A DNA stretch of 64,000 bases from assembly GCA_015064735.1 (NCBI GenBank), contig SVRP01000003.1, positions 14,248 through 78,247 on the forward strand, given 5' to 3'. Both the position numbers and the translations under genes were made by a program. Of the stretch, positions 38,123-48,813 are shown piece by piece. Origin of the DNA: Oscillospiraceae bacterium (lineage in GTDB: Bacteria; Bacillota; Clostridia; Oscillospirales; CAG-272). How positions within the stretch are numbered: position 1 is the stretch's first letter; each line of letters opens with the position of its first letter. A model generated the notes under the pieces. It was given only the letters and a program-made list of their open reading frames with translations, searched no databases and was not told the origin of the DNA.

Positions 38123-39502
38123 TTATCGACCTCCCACGGTTATTTCTTTTACTCTTATAAGAGGCTGACCTACGTCTGTGGGTACGCTTCCGCTGGAAGA
38201 TCCGCACACGCCCTGTCCTCTTTCAAGATTCTGACCTACCATGTCTATATCCTGCAATATTCTCGAACCGGTTCCGATAAGAGACGCTCCTCTTACAGGC
38301 TCGCATATTTTTCCGTTTCTTACTATATATCCCTCTCTTACCGAGAAGTTAAAGGCGCCCGTCAAGGGATTTACCGACCCGCCGCCCATCTGCTTTGCGT
38401 ATAAGCCGTATTCGATAGATGCAATAATATCCTCGTTTTTGTCGGGTCCGTTATCAATAAAGGTATTGGTCATACGGGACGTGGGCTCGTACGTATAATC
38501 CTGACGGCGACTGCTGCCTGTCATTGCCATTCCCATTCTTCTTGAGCCTAAGCGGTCTACCATATAGTTCTTGAGTATTCCGTTTTCTATAAGCACGTTT
38601 CTCTGTGTAGGCGTTCCCTCGTCGTCGATATTTATTGAGCCCCATGCGCCGGGGATAGTTCCGTCGTCTATTGCGGTTATCTTTTCGTTTGCGATCTTCT
38701 CTCCGAGCTTTCCGCACATCTCAGACATTCCCACGCCTACCTGCGTAGCCTCAAGCGAGTGTCCGCAAGCCTCATGGAATATAACTCCGCCAAATCCGTT
38801 CTCGATAGCGACCGTCATTCTTCCCGCTTCGCAGTAGCCTGCTCTCAGATTAACCAGCGCACCTCTTGCCGCTTCTCTGCCCACGTACTCCGGGGAGATA
38901 AAATCAAACATTTCAAGCCCCATACTGCGACCGGGGTTACAAGAGCCCGACTGATCCTCACCGTCCTTGGATGCAATAGCATTTACGAGAAGTCTTGTTC
39001 TTGTATGAGTGTCATGTTTAAGAAGTCCCTCGCTGTTTGCTACGAGTATTTCTCTCTCAACTCCCATAATACTTCCCTGAACCTGAGAAATAAGCGCGTC
39101 GCTTTCCTTTGCCGCAAAGCAGGCCTTTTTGAGTATATCACTTCTGTCCTTAATGGCAGATGCAAGGGGATCGATTTTTACAGGGTGTATATCTATTACC
39201 TTTTGGGGAGTAAGGCATATGGATATCTGCGCATTACCTTCTCCGAGAGCATCAGATGCCGAGCGCGCGCAGGCGAGAAGCCCCTCTCGCGTTACGTCGG
39301 TTGTGGAAGCGTACACTGTTCTTGTTCCCTTGAACACGCGTATACCTACACCCGACAGAAAATTGTCGTTTATCTTATCTATTTTTCCGTCAACGAACTG
39401 TATAGAATTACTTCTTGCTCTTTCTGCAAAGACCTCTGCAAAATCACCTCCGCTCGAAAGTGATGCCGCAATGATCTCCTCCAATAATTCTCTTTTTATC
39501 AT
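38123..39502 (-). CDS. tldD: TldD family metalloprotease
   Basis: 459 aa. Contains the FHEACGHSLE (HExxxH) zinc motif. Confidence 0.85.
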   Translation of the reverse strand: MIKRELLEEIIAASLSSGGDFAEVFAERARSNSIQFVDGKIDKINDNFLSGVGIRVFKGTRTVYASTTDVTREGLLACARSASDALGEGNAQISICLTPQKVIDIHPVKIDPLASAIKDRSDILKKACFAAKESDALISQVQGSIMGVEREILVANSEGLLKHDTHTRTRLLVNAIASKDGEDQSGSCNPGRSMGLEMFDFISPEYVGREAARGALVNLRAGYCEAGRMTVAIENGFGGVIFHEACGHSLEATQVGVGMSEMCGKLGEKIANEKITAIDDGTIPGAWGSINIDDEGTPTQRNVLIENGILKNYMVDRLGSRRMGMAMTGSSRRQDYTYEPTSRMTNTFIDNGPDKNEDIIASIEYGLYAKQMGGGSVNPLTGAFNFSVREGYIVRNGKICEPVRGASLIGTGSRILQDIDMVGQNLERGQGVCGSSSGSVPTDVGQPLIRVKEITVGGR

Positions 39503-39513
39503 AGCTTCTCCTT

Positions 39514-40665
39514 TTAGCTTTGACTGCGCTCTCCGAGAATATTTCTGTACTTCTGATAGAAGCTTTCAAAATATCCGCCGTCATGCGCCTTTCTTATTTC
39601 CTTTGTAAGATTGTTATAGAAATAAAGGTTATGGGCTACCGCTAACCGCATGCCGAGAGATTCCTTTGCCTTTATGAGATGACGGACGTACGAGCGGCTG
39701 TAATTTCTGCATGCGGGGCATCCGCAATTCTCGTCAAAGGGTCTCGGGTCCTTGGCATATTTTTCGTTAAGAAGATTCATCTTTCCGTGCCACGTAAAGA
39801 GATTTCCGTGTCTTGCGTTTCGGCTTGGCATTACGCAGTCAAAGAAATCGACTCCCATGTGAACCGCCTCAAGAATATTGCAAGGAGTTCCGACGCCCAT
39901 AAGATATCTCGGCTTATCCTTGGGCATATGCGGCTCGACCACGTCAATTATACGGTACATTTCCTCGGTCTCCTCACCCACGGCAAGTCCGCCGAGAGCA
40001 TATCCCGCAAGGTCAAGCTCGGCAATCTTGTGCATATGCTCAATACGGAGATCCTCATATACTCCGCCCTGGTTTATGCCGAACAAAAGCTGATTTTTAT
40101 TTATGGTTTCGGGCAAGGAATTGAGCCTGTCCATCTCTGCCTTACATCTTACGAGCCATCTTGCGGTTCTGTCGCAGGACTGCTTTACGTAATCGTAGGG
40201 TGAGGGATTTTCTATGCACTCGTCAAACGCCATTGCGATGGTGGACGCAAGGTTGGACTGTATCTGCATACTCTCCTCGGGACCCATGAATATTCTCTTT
40301 CCGTCTATGTGCGACGCAAAGCGAACTCCCTCCTCGGTTATTTTACGCAGCTGGGAAAGAGAAAATACCTGGAATCCGCCGCTGTCGGTAAGAATAGGTC
40401 TTTCCCAATTCATAAATTTATGCAGACCGCCCATATCGTGTATAAGCTTGTCTCCGGGGCGAAGATGCAAATGATAGGTGTTGGAAAGCTCCACCTGACA
40501 GTCAAGGTCGATAAGCTCTCTGCTCGAAACTCCGCCCTTGATAGCCGCGCAGGTTCCCACGTTCATAAAAACCGGGGTTTGAATATCTCCGTGTACAGTA
40601 TGTAATACTCCTCGTCTTGCTCGCCCGTCGGTGGCAAGAACCTCAAATAACTTTTTTTCGCTCAT
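39514..40665 (-). CDS. tgt: tRNA guanosine(34) transglycosylase
   Basis: ...RRGVLHTVHGDIQTPVFMNVGT..., ILTDSGGFQV, and Zn-site cysteines CGCPAC... Confidence 0.9.
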   Translation of the reverse strand: MSEKKLFEVLATDGRARRGVLHTVHGDIQTPVFMNVGTCAAIKGGVSSRELIDLDCQVELSNTYHLHLRPGDKLIHDMGGLHKFMNWERPILTDSGGFQVFSLSQLRKITEEGVRFASHIDGKRIFMGPEESMQIQSNLASTIAMAFDECIENPSPYDYVKQSCDRTARWLVRCKAEMDRLNSLPETINKNQLLFGINQGGVYEDLRIEHMHKIAELDLAGYALGGLAVGEETEEMYRIIDVVEPHMPKDKPRYLMGVGTPCNILEAVHMGVDFFDCVMPSRNARHGNLFTWHGKMNLLNEKYAKDPRPFDENCGCPACRNYSRSYVRHLIKAKESLGMRLAVAHNLYFYNNLTKEIRKAHDGGYFESFYQKYRNILGERSQS

Positions 40666-40676
40666 TATATAATCCT

Positions 40677-42704
40677 TTACGTTCTTTCAAATTGCCTGTC
40701 GAGTGTCTTTTTGGACAGCTCCATGGCTACGGGTCTGCCGTGAGGGCAAACTGTAATGTCGGGGATTTCCATAAGCTTATCCACAATCCATTTTATGTGT
40801 CCCTCAGCATATTCTCTACCCGCCTTTATCGCCGCCTTGCATGACGCCTGATAGAGAGCCTTTTCGAAAATTATGTCTCTTGTAAGCTTGGCGGAGCCCG
40901 TATTGCTCTTTATTCTTTCGGCTATTACCGCAAGCATATCGGGAATTGCCGAAACCTCTATCCCTTCGGGAATTGCGGTAACACTTACGGTAAATCTTCC
41001 GTTGGTAAACTCAAAACCAACAGCTTCTATCTCGTCTCTGTAATCGGAAATAGTCTGTATTTCGTCAGAGGTAAGCATGACCTCAATGGGGAGCATAAGA
41101 AGCTGAGACACCTTTGCTCTATTCTTCATTCCCGCCTTTAATTGCTCGAATATTATTCTCTCGTGAGCGGCATGCTTGTCAATAACAAGAAGCTTATCCT
41201 CAACCTCAACGAGAACGTAGGAATTGAAAGCTTCACCGATAATTCGGTAGCTGATTTTTTTAGTCTCGCTGACAGTAGGCTCTGCCTTGACTTCCGGTGC
41301 CCTTTCGGTAAGGGCGGGGGGCTGTACTTCTTTTTTATCTTGTATGGACGGAATGGGAATTTCCGTCTGTGTACTTACAGTAGCCGTAGATTTGTCGTTA
41401 TGGGTAGGCTTTGCAGCTACGGGGGCAGTTCTTGATTCGGACTTTCCTTCTCTCTTTACCGCGCTGCCTACTATCTTATTTACATATTCCTCCGCGCTCA
41501 TTCTCGAAAATCCGCCCTCCGCAGATTTGGAAAGCTTTTTCTCGGATACCGTTTTTTCGGGTGTGGGAGCAGTATAAAGCTCCGCGCTGACCTGACGCTT
41601 CTTCAAGGATTCCGCCTTACCCTCCGATATGGGTGTTGCTGTATCCGAAAGCCTTTCTTCAAGCCTGTTTCCTCTCTCGGTCTTAAGCGCTCCCAGAACT
41701 ATTCCGGGGCGCGAAGCGTTTGCTTCAAGGGAATTCTTTACCGCGTAATAAATCGCCTCGAATACGGGCTTTTCATTTGAGAATTTGACCTCAAGCTTTG
41801 AGGGATGTACGTTTACGTCAACCGCCGCGGGATTTATAGTTATAAACAGAACACAGCACGGAAATTTTTCCGGGGGAATATAAGAGGTAAATGCCTGCTC
41901 GAGAGCCGCCATTGCCGTCTTACTCTTTACGTATCGTCCGTTGATGAAGAAATTCTGATAATTTCTGTTGGCTCTTACGTTATCCGAGCGTCCGATATAG
42001 CCTCTTACTTCTATTCCGTCAAGCTCTATTTCGGTATCTATAAGCTTTGATGCAAATTCACGTCCAAATACCGAATAAACGGCGGTTTTGAGGTTTCCGT
42101 CGCCCATGGTCTCAAGCTTAAGATTTCCGTCGCTTATGAGTCTGAATGCTATATGTGGCTTTGAAAGCGCTATTTTTTCAACCACAGCGCCTATTGCCAT
42201 AGCCTCGGTTACGTCCTTTTTCAGGAACTTACGCCTTGCGGGAACGTTTCCAAACAGGTTCTCCACAATTACGGTTGTTCCGTCAGAGCATGCTCTCTCA
42301 CTAACACCTGCTATCTCGCCGTTATGGGCTTCAAGCATAGCACCCACGCTTGCTCCCTTGGTCTTTGAAATGATTCTTACAGAGGACACTGCCGCGATAG
42401 CCGCCAAAGCTTCTCCTCTGAATCCGAGTGTGATAATTCCCTCAAGATCCTTTGCGTCCTTGATCTTACTCGTTGCGTGTCTGCGTATTGCCGTCGGGAG
42501 ATCCTCGGGCTCAATGCCGCACCCGTTGTCGGCAACGCGCATATAGGTTACTCCGCCGTTCTGTATTTCAACGGTTATTCTGTTGGCTCCGGAGTCTATT
42601 GCGTTTTCAAGAAGCTCCTTAATTACCGATGCGGGTCTGTCTACGACCTCGCCTGCGGCAATAAGGTTCGCAACGGCAAAGGATAGCACGTTTATTTTCC
42701 CCAT
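40677..42704 (-). CDS. mutL: DNA mismatch repair protein MutL
   Basis: N-terminal GHKL ATPase: IAAGEVVDRPASVIKELLENAIDSGA. Confidence 0.95.
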   Translation of the reverse strand: MGKINVLSFAVANLIAAGEVVDRPASVIKELLENAIDSGANRITVEIQNGGVTYMRVADNGCGIEPEDLPTAIRRHATSKIKDAKDLEGIITLGFRGEALAAIAAVSSVRIISKTKGASVGAMLEAHNGEIAGVSERACSDGTTVIVENLFGNVPARRKFLKKDVTEAMAIGAVVEKIALSKPHIAFRLISDGNLKLETMGDGNLKTAVYSVFGREFASKLIDTEIELDGIEVRGYIGRSDNVRANRNYQNFFINGRYVKSKTAMAALEQAFTSYIPPEKFPCCVLFITINPAAVDVNVHPSKLEVKFSNEKPVFEAIYYAVKNSLEANASRPGIVLGALKTERGNRLEERLSDTATPISEGKAESLKKRQVSAELYTAPTPEKTVSEKKLSKSAEGGFSRMSAEEYVNKIVGSAVKREGKSESRTAPVAAKPTHNDKSTATVSTQTEIPIPSIQDKKEVQPPALTERAPEVKAEPTVSETKKISYRIIGEAFNSYVLVEVEDKLLVIDKHAAHERIIFEQLKAGMKNRAKVSQLLMLPIEVMLTSDEIQTISDYRDEIEAVGFEFTNGRFTVSVTAIPEGIEVSAIPDMLAVIAERIKSNTGSAKLTRDIIFEKALYQASCKAAIKAGREYAEGHIKWIVDKLMEIPDITVCPHGRPVAMELSKKTLDRQFERT

Positions 42705-42738
42705 TCCGATCTCCTTTCATCAATTCTGTAATGCTGTT

Positions 42739-45327
42739 TTATTTAAGTCTTTTCTGCAATCCGTACAAAAAGCTCATGGCTTCGTATGGAGACAGCGTAT
42801 TTATATCCGTATTCTTAAGCTCATCTATAACCTGCTCGTTTACGCAGTCGTCAAAGGAAATAAGGGTATCGTCCTTTTCCTCCTGCTCTGCGTTTGACGT
42901 GCTCAAGGTCTTAGCCGTAGCTTCAACGGTAGCGAGAACCTCTTTCGCTCTCTTTATTACGTCGTTGGGGAGTCCCGCAAGCTTTGCGACCTCAATACCG
43001 TAGCTGTCGTCGGTAGAGCCTCGCACTATTTTGCGTAGGAAGGTAATATTATCCCCTCTCTTCTTAGCAGCGATATTATAGTTTACAACTCCGTCTATCT
43101 CGCCCTCCATTGAGGTAAGCTCGTGATAATGAGTAGCAAATAAGGTCTTTGCGCCTATCTTTCTGCCACAGGTATATTCTATTATAGCCCTTGCGATGCT
43201 CATTCCGTCAAAGGTAGATGTTCCGCGTCCTACCTCGTCGTATATTATAAGACTGCTCTTTGTAGCGTTACGGAGTATGTAAGCCACCTCGTTCATCTCA
43301 AGCATAAAGGTAGACTGTCCCGACGCAAGATCGTCGGATGCGCCGACCCTTGTAAAGAGCTTATCAACAATACCTATACGGGCATCGTTTGCGGGAACGA
43401 ATGAGCCTACCTGAGCCATGAGCGTAATAACCGCTATCTGCCTCATGTAGGTGGATTTACCTGCCATATTGGGACCCGTAATAAGCATGAGTCTGTTATT
43501 TTTAGTATCAAGCTCCGCGTCGTTAGGCACAAAATAGGTGTCCTTTACGAACTGCTCTACGACGGGATGTCTGCCGTCCTTGATCTTTATTACGTCGCTG
43601 TTGTCAACCTCGGGACGCACGTACTTATTCTTTGCCGCAACGTTTGCCAAGCTAAGATATGCGTCGAGCTTCGCAATAAGCGCCGCCGCTTTTTTTATTC
43701 TTTCACTGTTCTCGGCAACGAAGCTTCTTACTTCACAGAACAGATCGTATTCGAGAGAGCATACCTTGTCCGATGCCCCGAGAATGGTGGCTTCCATATC
43801 CTTGAGCTCCTGAGTAATATATCTCTCTGCATTTGCCAAGGTCTGCTTTCTTATGTAATGCTCGGGAACGTCGTTCATAAAGGATTTTGATACCTCTATA
43901 TAGTATCCGAATACTCGGTTATAACCGATTTTCAGGGTTCTTATTCCCGTTTTTTCCTTTTCGTCCTCAGCAATCTTTTCGACGAGTCCTTTTCCGTCCT
44001 TCATAACGGAACGGAGATAATCAACGTCCTCGCTGTATCCCTCGGCAATCATATCGCCCTCGCGAACCGAAAACGGCGGATTTTCGCAAATCGCTCTGTC
44101 TATTTTTTCGAATACGTCATCGAGAGTGTCGAGCTCATCGTGTATGGTTGAAAGCTCGTCGGACAGGCAGCGGGATATAAGCGACTTGATTTCAGGAAAA
44201 ACCGATATGGTAGATGCAACCGAACGAAGCTCTCTTGCGTTTGCCGTTCCGTATACTATTCTTGTGAGAAGTCTTTCAAGGTCGAGAACGCTTTCCATGG
44301 CGGAGCCGATCTCCTCTCGGAGAATATAATCTCCGTAAAGCTCCTCAACGGCATTTTGTCTTTTGGTTATAGCATTTACGTTAAGAAGAGGATGTTCTAT
44401 CCAATATCTCAAAAGGCGTGCGCCCGCCGCTGTTCTCGTTCTGTCAAGAACACCGAGCAATGCTCCCTTTTTATCCTTTGAACGCATTGTTTCAACAAGC
44501 TCAAGGTTTCTTCTTGTATTTACGTCCAGCTCCATATACTGCCCGTCAAAATATACGTTGAGATCATTAAGATACGATATGTCGCTCTTCTGCGTCTCCT
44601 CAACGTATGACAAAAGACCTCCGAGTGCGCAGATAAGCGCTTTGTTTTCCAAATCGTTCTCGCGAAGTCTGTCGGCAAACTGTATCTTTGCCCTTTCCAA
44701 GGAAGGCGCATATTCGAACTGACCGTGGCGATTATCGGTAATCATAGCACCTATACGTCCGCTGATAAATTCGGACAGCTCGCCTATTCTCTTTTTACTG
44801 AGATTAAGAATAACCTCGCTTGGCTGATATGTTCCAAGCTCATTCCTTATACGGTTAGATATTTCGTCTCCGCCAAAGGACGTAGCGAAAACACTTCCGG
44901 TAGAAATATCCGCAAAGGCTATACCGCATTCGTATTCTCCCATATAAACCGAGCAAAGATAGTTATTCTTCTGCTCGGTGAGAAAATCCGTCTCAATAAC
45001 CGTTCCCGGAGTAATTACCCTTATGACGTCTCTCTTGACAAGACCTTTGGCGAGAGCCGGATCCTCAGTCTGCTCGCAAATAGCCACCTTGTAGCCTTTA
45101 GCGATAAGATCTCCTATATACCCCTCGCAGCTATGAAACGGAACTCCGCACATGGGCGCTCTCTCGGCTTCTCCGCAGTCTCTGCCCGTAAGTGTCAGTC
45201 CGAGCTCTCTTGACGCAAGTATAGCGTCGTCAAAGAACATTTCGTAAAAGTCGCCGAGGCGGTAGAAAAGTATATAGTCCTTGTAATTATTCTTTATTTC
45301 AAAATATTGCTCCATCATCGGTGTCAT
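42739..45327 (-). CDS. mutS: DNA mismatch repair protein MutS
   Basis: MTPMMEQYFEIK...LFYRLGDFYEMF and Walker A GPNMAGKST. Confidence 0.95.
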   Translation of the reverse strand: MTPMMEQYFEIKNNYKDYILFYRLGDFYEMFFDDAILASRELGLTLTGRDCGEAERAPMCGVPFHSCEGYIGDLIAKGYKVAICEQTEDPALAKGLVKRDVIRVITPGTVIETDFLTEQKNNYLCSVYMGEYECGIAFADISTGSVFATSFGGDEISNRIRNELGTYQPSEVILNLSKKRIGELSEFISGRIGAMITDNRHGQFEYAPSLERAKIQFADRLRENDLENKALICALGGLLSYVEETQKSDISYLNDLNVYFDGQYMELDVNTRRNLELVETMRSKDKKGALLGVLDRTRTAAGARLLRYWIEHPLLNVNAITKRQNAVEELYGDYILREEIGSAMESVLDLERLLTRIVYGTANARELRSVASTISVFPEIKSLISRCLSDELSTIHDELDTLDDVFEKIDRAICENPPFSVREGDMIAEGYSEDVDYLRSVMKDGKGLVEKIAEDEKEKTGIRTLKIGYNRVFGYYIEVSKSFMNDVPEHYIRKQTLANAERYITQELKDMEATILGASDKVCSLEYDLFCEVRSFVAENSERIKKAAALIAKLDAYLSLANVAAKNKYVRPEVDNSDVIKIKDGRHPVVEQFVKDTYFVPNDAELDTKNNRLMLITGPNMAGKSTYMRQIAVITLMAQVGSFVPANDARIGIVDKLFTRVGASDDLASGQSTFMLEMNEVAYILRNATKSSLIIYDEVGRGTSTFDGMSIARAIIEYTCGRKIGAKTLFATHYHELTSMEGEIDGVVNYNIAAKKRGDNITFLRKIVRGSTDDSYGIEVAKLAGLPNDVIKRAKEVLATVEATAKTLSTSNAEQEEKDDTLISFDDCVNEQVIDELKNTDINTLSPYEAMSFLYGLQKRLK

Positions 45328-45365
45328 GGCAATATTCCTCCCTTACAAAATCTGATTAAAAGGGG

Positions 45366-45755
45366 TTAGTGGCATCCGCCTCCGCAGGTAGAGCAATCGT
45401 GGGTGCAGGATGAGGGTAGCTCACCCGTTATATTGAAGGTTATGGTGTTGTTTACCGCGTTCATAAGCTCGTTAACCTCTGCCTGAGCCTCATTAAGCTC
45501 ACTGAATACGGGATGATTCATTATATCGTTGTATAGAGTATCTATTCTCTTCTGTATTGTCTCTATAAACAGGGTATCTCTTTCCTCTCTTGTTATCTCT
45601 CCCTGAAGAGCCTTCTGCTGTACCTCGTACTCAACCATCATTCTCTGAAGATCCGGGTCTGCCTCGTATGCCTTTTTTGCATCCTCAAGTCTCTTCATTC
45701 TTGCGTCTTCCTTAAGAGCCTTTCCAAGCTCTGCTGCCAATTCAAAAATTTCCAT
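45366..45755 (-). CDS. YlbF/YmcA-family protein with a Cys-rich C-terminal tail
   Basis: 129-aa helical protein (...EADPDLQRMMVEYEVQ...) ending in SSCTHDCSTCGGGCH. Confidence 0.6.
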   Translation of the reverse strand: MEIFELAAELGKALKEDARMKRLEDAKKAYEADPDLQRMMVEYEVQQKALQGEITREERDTLFIETIQKRIDTLYNDIMNHPVFSELNEAQAEVNELMNAVNNTITFNITGELPSSCTHDCSTCGGGCH

Positions 45756-45773
45756 TTTATTTACCTCACAAAA

Positions 45774-47207
45774 TTATTTTTTTATTTTTCCGTACAGAGC
45801 GAAGGTATCTCCCCGCTCTATTTCGATATTTATAAATCTTCCTTCAAGACCGTCATCTCCGTCAAAGAGAACTATCTTTCCACCCTCGGTCCTTCCGCAA
45901 AATACCTCGTTATTGTTTTTACTGCGTCCGTCGCAAAGAACCCTTACCGTTTTGCCCTCATAAGGCTTATTTGATGCAAGGGAAATTTCATTCTGAGTCT
46001 TGAGCAACCGCTCAAATCTCTCCTGCTTGACCTCAGGTGATATCTGATTTTTCATTTCCGAAGCCGGAGTTCCCTTTCTCGGCGAATATATGAAAGAGAA
46101 TATCATATCAAATTTTGCCCTGCGAAGAGCGTCAAGCGTTTTTTCAAAGTCCTCATCACTCTCGTCGGGAAAGCCAACTATAATGTCAGAGGTTATCGTA
46201 GCTTCGGGCATTTTTTCGCGTATATAATCGACGATACCGATATATTTTTCAAAATCGTATCTGCGGTTCATTAGCTTAAGCACCCTATCGCTTCCCGATT
46301 GCATGGGAAGATGGAACTGCCTTGCTATATGCTTTGACGATGCCATTACGTCAATAAGCCTTCTGCTTGCATCCTTGGGATGGCTTGTCATAAAGTGGAT
46401 AAGATAATCTCCCTCTATTTTGTCAAGCTCCGAAAGCAGGTCTGCAAAGTCGTATTCTTTGCCGCTGTCCTTTCCGTATGAGTTCACGTTTTGTCCGAGA
46501 AGCGTAATATCCTTATATCCGTCGGCAACGAGCTCCTTTACTTCGTTTACAATTTCGCTCATTTCCCTGCTTCTCTCTCTGCCGCGAACATATGGCACGA
46601 TGCAGTAAGAACAGAAATTATTACATCCGTACATTACCGAGACCCACGCGCGGTAGGAGCTTTCGCGTCTTACAGGCAAGCCCTCGGCGACGAGATATTC
46701 CTTCTCGTCGGGTCGGAGTATTCTCTTTCCTCTTTGCATCTTTTCAAAAAGAAGCTCGGGAAATTTATGAAGCGACGAGGTTCCGAAAAGGATATCAACG
46801 TAAGGATACCTCATCTTTATATCCTGTATTCTGTGCTCCTGAACCACCATACATCCGCAGATTCCGATAATAAGCTCGGGATTTTTTGCCTTTATATGCT
46901 TATACTGACCCACGATGGACAAGGCGCGCTTTTCGGCGTGCTCCCGTATAGCGCATGTGTTTACCAATATGAGATACGCATTATCGGGCTTGTCCGAAAT
47001 TTCGTAACCCATAGCCTCAGCCATTCCCGCAAGTCTTTCGCTGTCCGCCTCATTTTGCTGACAGCCAAGCGTCATAATGAATGCCTGCTTGCGAAAACCG
47101 TTCTCGTCGCAGAAGCGTTGATTTTTCTCTTTTATTCTATTTATATAGCTTTTCTGGCGGTCGATTTCTTCGGGTAGCACCGCCTTATTTACTGATATTT
47201 TTTCCAT
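45774..47207 (-). CDS. miaB: tRNA-2-methylthio-N6-dimethylallyladenosine synthase
   Basis: Trimmed to the ATG at 47207 (AGGTGA RBS). UPF0004 domain (TLGCQQNEADSE), radical SAM motif GCNNFCSYCIVP, and a TRAM C-terminus. Confidence 0.9.
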   Translation of the reverse strand: MEKISVNKAVLPEEIDRQKSYINRIKEKNQRFCDENGFRKQAFIMTLGCQQNEADSERLAGMAEAMGYEISDKPDNAYLILVNTCAIREHAEKRALSIVGQYKHIKAKNPELIIGICGCMVVQEHRIQDIKMRYPYVDILFGTSSLHKFPELLFEKMQRGKRILRPDEKEYLVAEGLPVRRESSYRAWVSVMYGCNNFCSYCIVPYVRGRERSREMSEIVNEVKELVADGYKDITLLGQNVNSYGKDSGKEYDFADLLSELDKIEGDYLIHFMTSHPKDASRRLIDVMASSKHIARQFHLPMQSGSDRVLKLMNRRYDFEKYIGIVDYIREKMPEATITSDIIVGFPDESDEDFEKTLDALRRAKFDMIFSFIYSPRKGTPASEMKNQISPEVKQERFERLLKTQNEISLASNKPYEGKTVRVLCDGRSKNNNEVFCGRTEGGKIVLFDGDDGLEGRFINIEIERGDTFALYGKIKK

Positions 47208-47269
47208 TATCTTCACCTATATTACTTATCGGTAAAATCAAAAATTGAAACAATTACCTCAATTATATT

Positions 47270-47298
47270 ATTATAATACAAATACCGTCTTTTGTCAA
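47270..47298 (-). promoter_or_regulatory. Promoter of the miaB-to-mutL gene string
   Basis: Minus strand: TTGACA (47298-47293), a 17-nt spacer, then TATAAT (47275-47270). Confidence 0.55.
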
Positions 47299-47390
47299 CA
47301 AACTAATTCACAATAAATCAAAAGTTTTACAAAAAAAGACTGCCCCAAGCTAAGGTTGAGACAGTCTCTGACATTTAAATTCTGTGCAGT

Positions 47391-48683
47391 TTAAAAAAGT
47401 ATACGCTGTTTGGATTCCTTCATAACCTCGGCGGGTACTTTATAATACTTTACAATAGGACAAAGGTTATGTCCGTCAACCGTAACAAACTTTTCCGCAT
47501 ACCTTTCAGCTCCGCCGCTGACCTCTGCGTAAAGTATATCTCCGTCGGAATATATTCTGCCTTTTTTTGTAACCTCACCCTCGGTCATAGCTGCGAAAAT
47601 ATCTTTATTTTCGTTTATGTACCGCAAGCCCTCAGCCAAACGCATGGTACAGCAGAAATATGCTTCAAACATCTTGGAATAAAGGAAGTCGTCAGTTCCG
47701 TCAAGAACTATTGAATCGGTTCCCGCGCCGCCGTTTTCGCGCTGAGCGGCAGCAAGTCCGTTATGATATACGCGAGCAGCGATAGCTCTGTATTTTTCCT
47801 CAGAGGTAGCCTTATATAGCTCTCCGGCAAGCATAAGGGAATCTACGATAGCGCAGGGCTCTGTCCAGCTGTCGGGTCTGCCCCACCAATTAAGGTTCTG
47901 ATAGGTCTCGGTCATTCCTCCGCCAAATGCGTAAAGCTCCATTATACTGCGAGCTCCGTCGAGATATTTTTCATCGGCTGTCTCTTTATACATTCTCATC
48001 ATTCCGCGTGCCGCGGTAAGAGTACAGTGAGTCTGAGCCTTAAGAGTAACCTTATCGATGCCCAGATAAACGAATATCATTTCGTCAAGAAGCTCTCTCA
48101 CGCGTGCATCCTTTGTAACAGCGTAAACGTGTGAAAGTCCGTCAACGCTCATAAAGGCACAGCCTATATCGCTTGAAAGTATCCATCCGTCTATAGTTCC
48201 AACCTCCGAGCCGCTTACCCCGCCCTCTTTCTTCTCCTCTCTGTTTATGGGGTAGGAAGAAAAACATCCCTTTTTTGTGAGATAAAGATTTTCGGTAATT
48301 CTGACGGCTGTCTCCAATGAAAAGCTGTCGCTGAAAGCCTCATAGTGCTCACAAAGACCTCGCAAAAGCCACGAATGTCCCGAAAGCTGCTGCTCATGGA
48401 TCTCATTTTCGTATATAGGTCCGAAATATCCGTCAGAATTCAGGCGGTCGGGCATCTGCTCGAGCATAAGCTCCATGCAAGGAATTTTTGCCCCGCTTAT
48501 TCTGTAATGGCTAACGAATGCGAGAAGCGCTCTGCCCTCTTTATCTCCGTACCAATCGTAGTCCTTACGCGCAAAGACCTTCTCTATGCCATAATAATCT
48601 CCCGATTCCAGGCGATTATAATTGAGGCTTATTCTCGTTTCCAACTCTGCGTTGTCTATGGGAGACAATATTTTTTTATTCAT
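47391..48683 (-). CDS. Cytoplasmic DUF1680 / GH127-like (beta-L-arabinofuranosidase family) protein, short form
   Basis: 430 aa with no signal peptide. TEPCA (E-x-C) and YFCCTM (CC) resemble the Zn/Cys catalytic motifs of GH127. This rests on motifs only. Confidence 0.45.
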   Translation of the reverse strand: MNKKILSPIDNAELETRISLNYNRLESGDYYGIEKVFARKDYDWYGDKEGRALLAFVSHYRISGAKIPCMELMLEQMPDRLNSDGYFGPIYENEIHEQQLSGHSWLLRGLCEHYEAFSDSFSLETAVRITENLYLTKKGCFSSYPINREEKKEGGVSGSEVGTIDGWILSSDIGCAFMSVDGLSHVYAVTKDARVRELLDEMIFVYLGIDKVTLKAQTHCTLTAARGMMRMYKETADEKYLDGARSIMELYAFGGGMTETYQNLNWWGRPDSWTEPCAIVDSLMLAGELYKATSEEKYRAIAARVYHNGLAAAQRENGGAGTDSIVLDGTDDFLYSKMFEAYFCCTMRLAEGLRYINENKDIFAAMTEGEVTKKGRIYSDGDILYAEVSGGAERYAEKFVTVDGHNLCPIVKYYKVPAEVMKESKQRILF

Positions 48684-48754
48684 GTCTATATACCTTTCTT
48701 TTGCAGGATACCTCTATTATACCATATTTCTGACAGTAACGCAAGTTTTTACGC

Positions 48755-48793
48755 AAAAAAATATAAGCAGACGCAAAATACGCCTGCTTATAT
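48755..48793 (-). terminator. Terminator of the rplU-prp-rpmA operon
   Basis: ATATAAGCAG (48761-70) pairs with CTGCTTATAT (48784-93). A T-run follows on the minus strand. Confidence 0.65.
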
Positions 48794-48813
48794 TTATACC
48801 TTAAGGTATGGAC

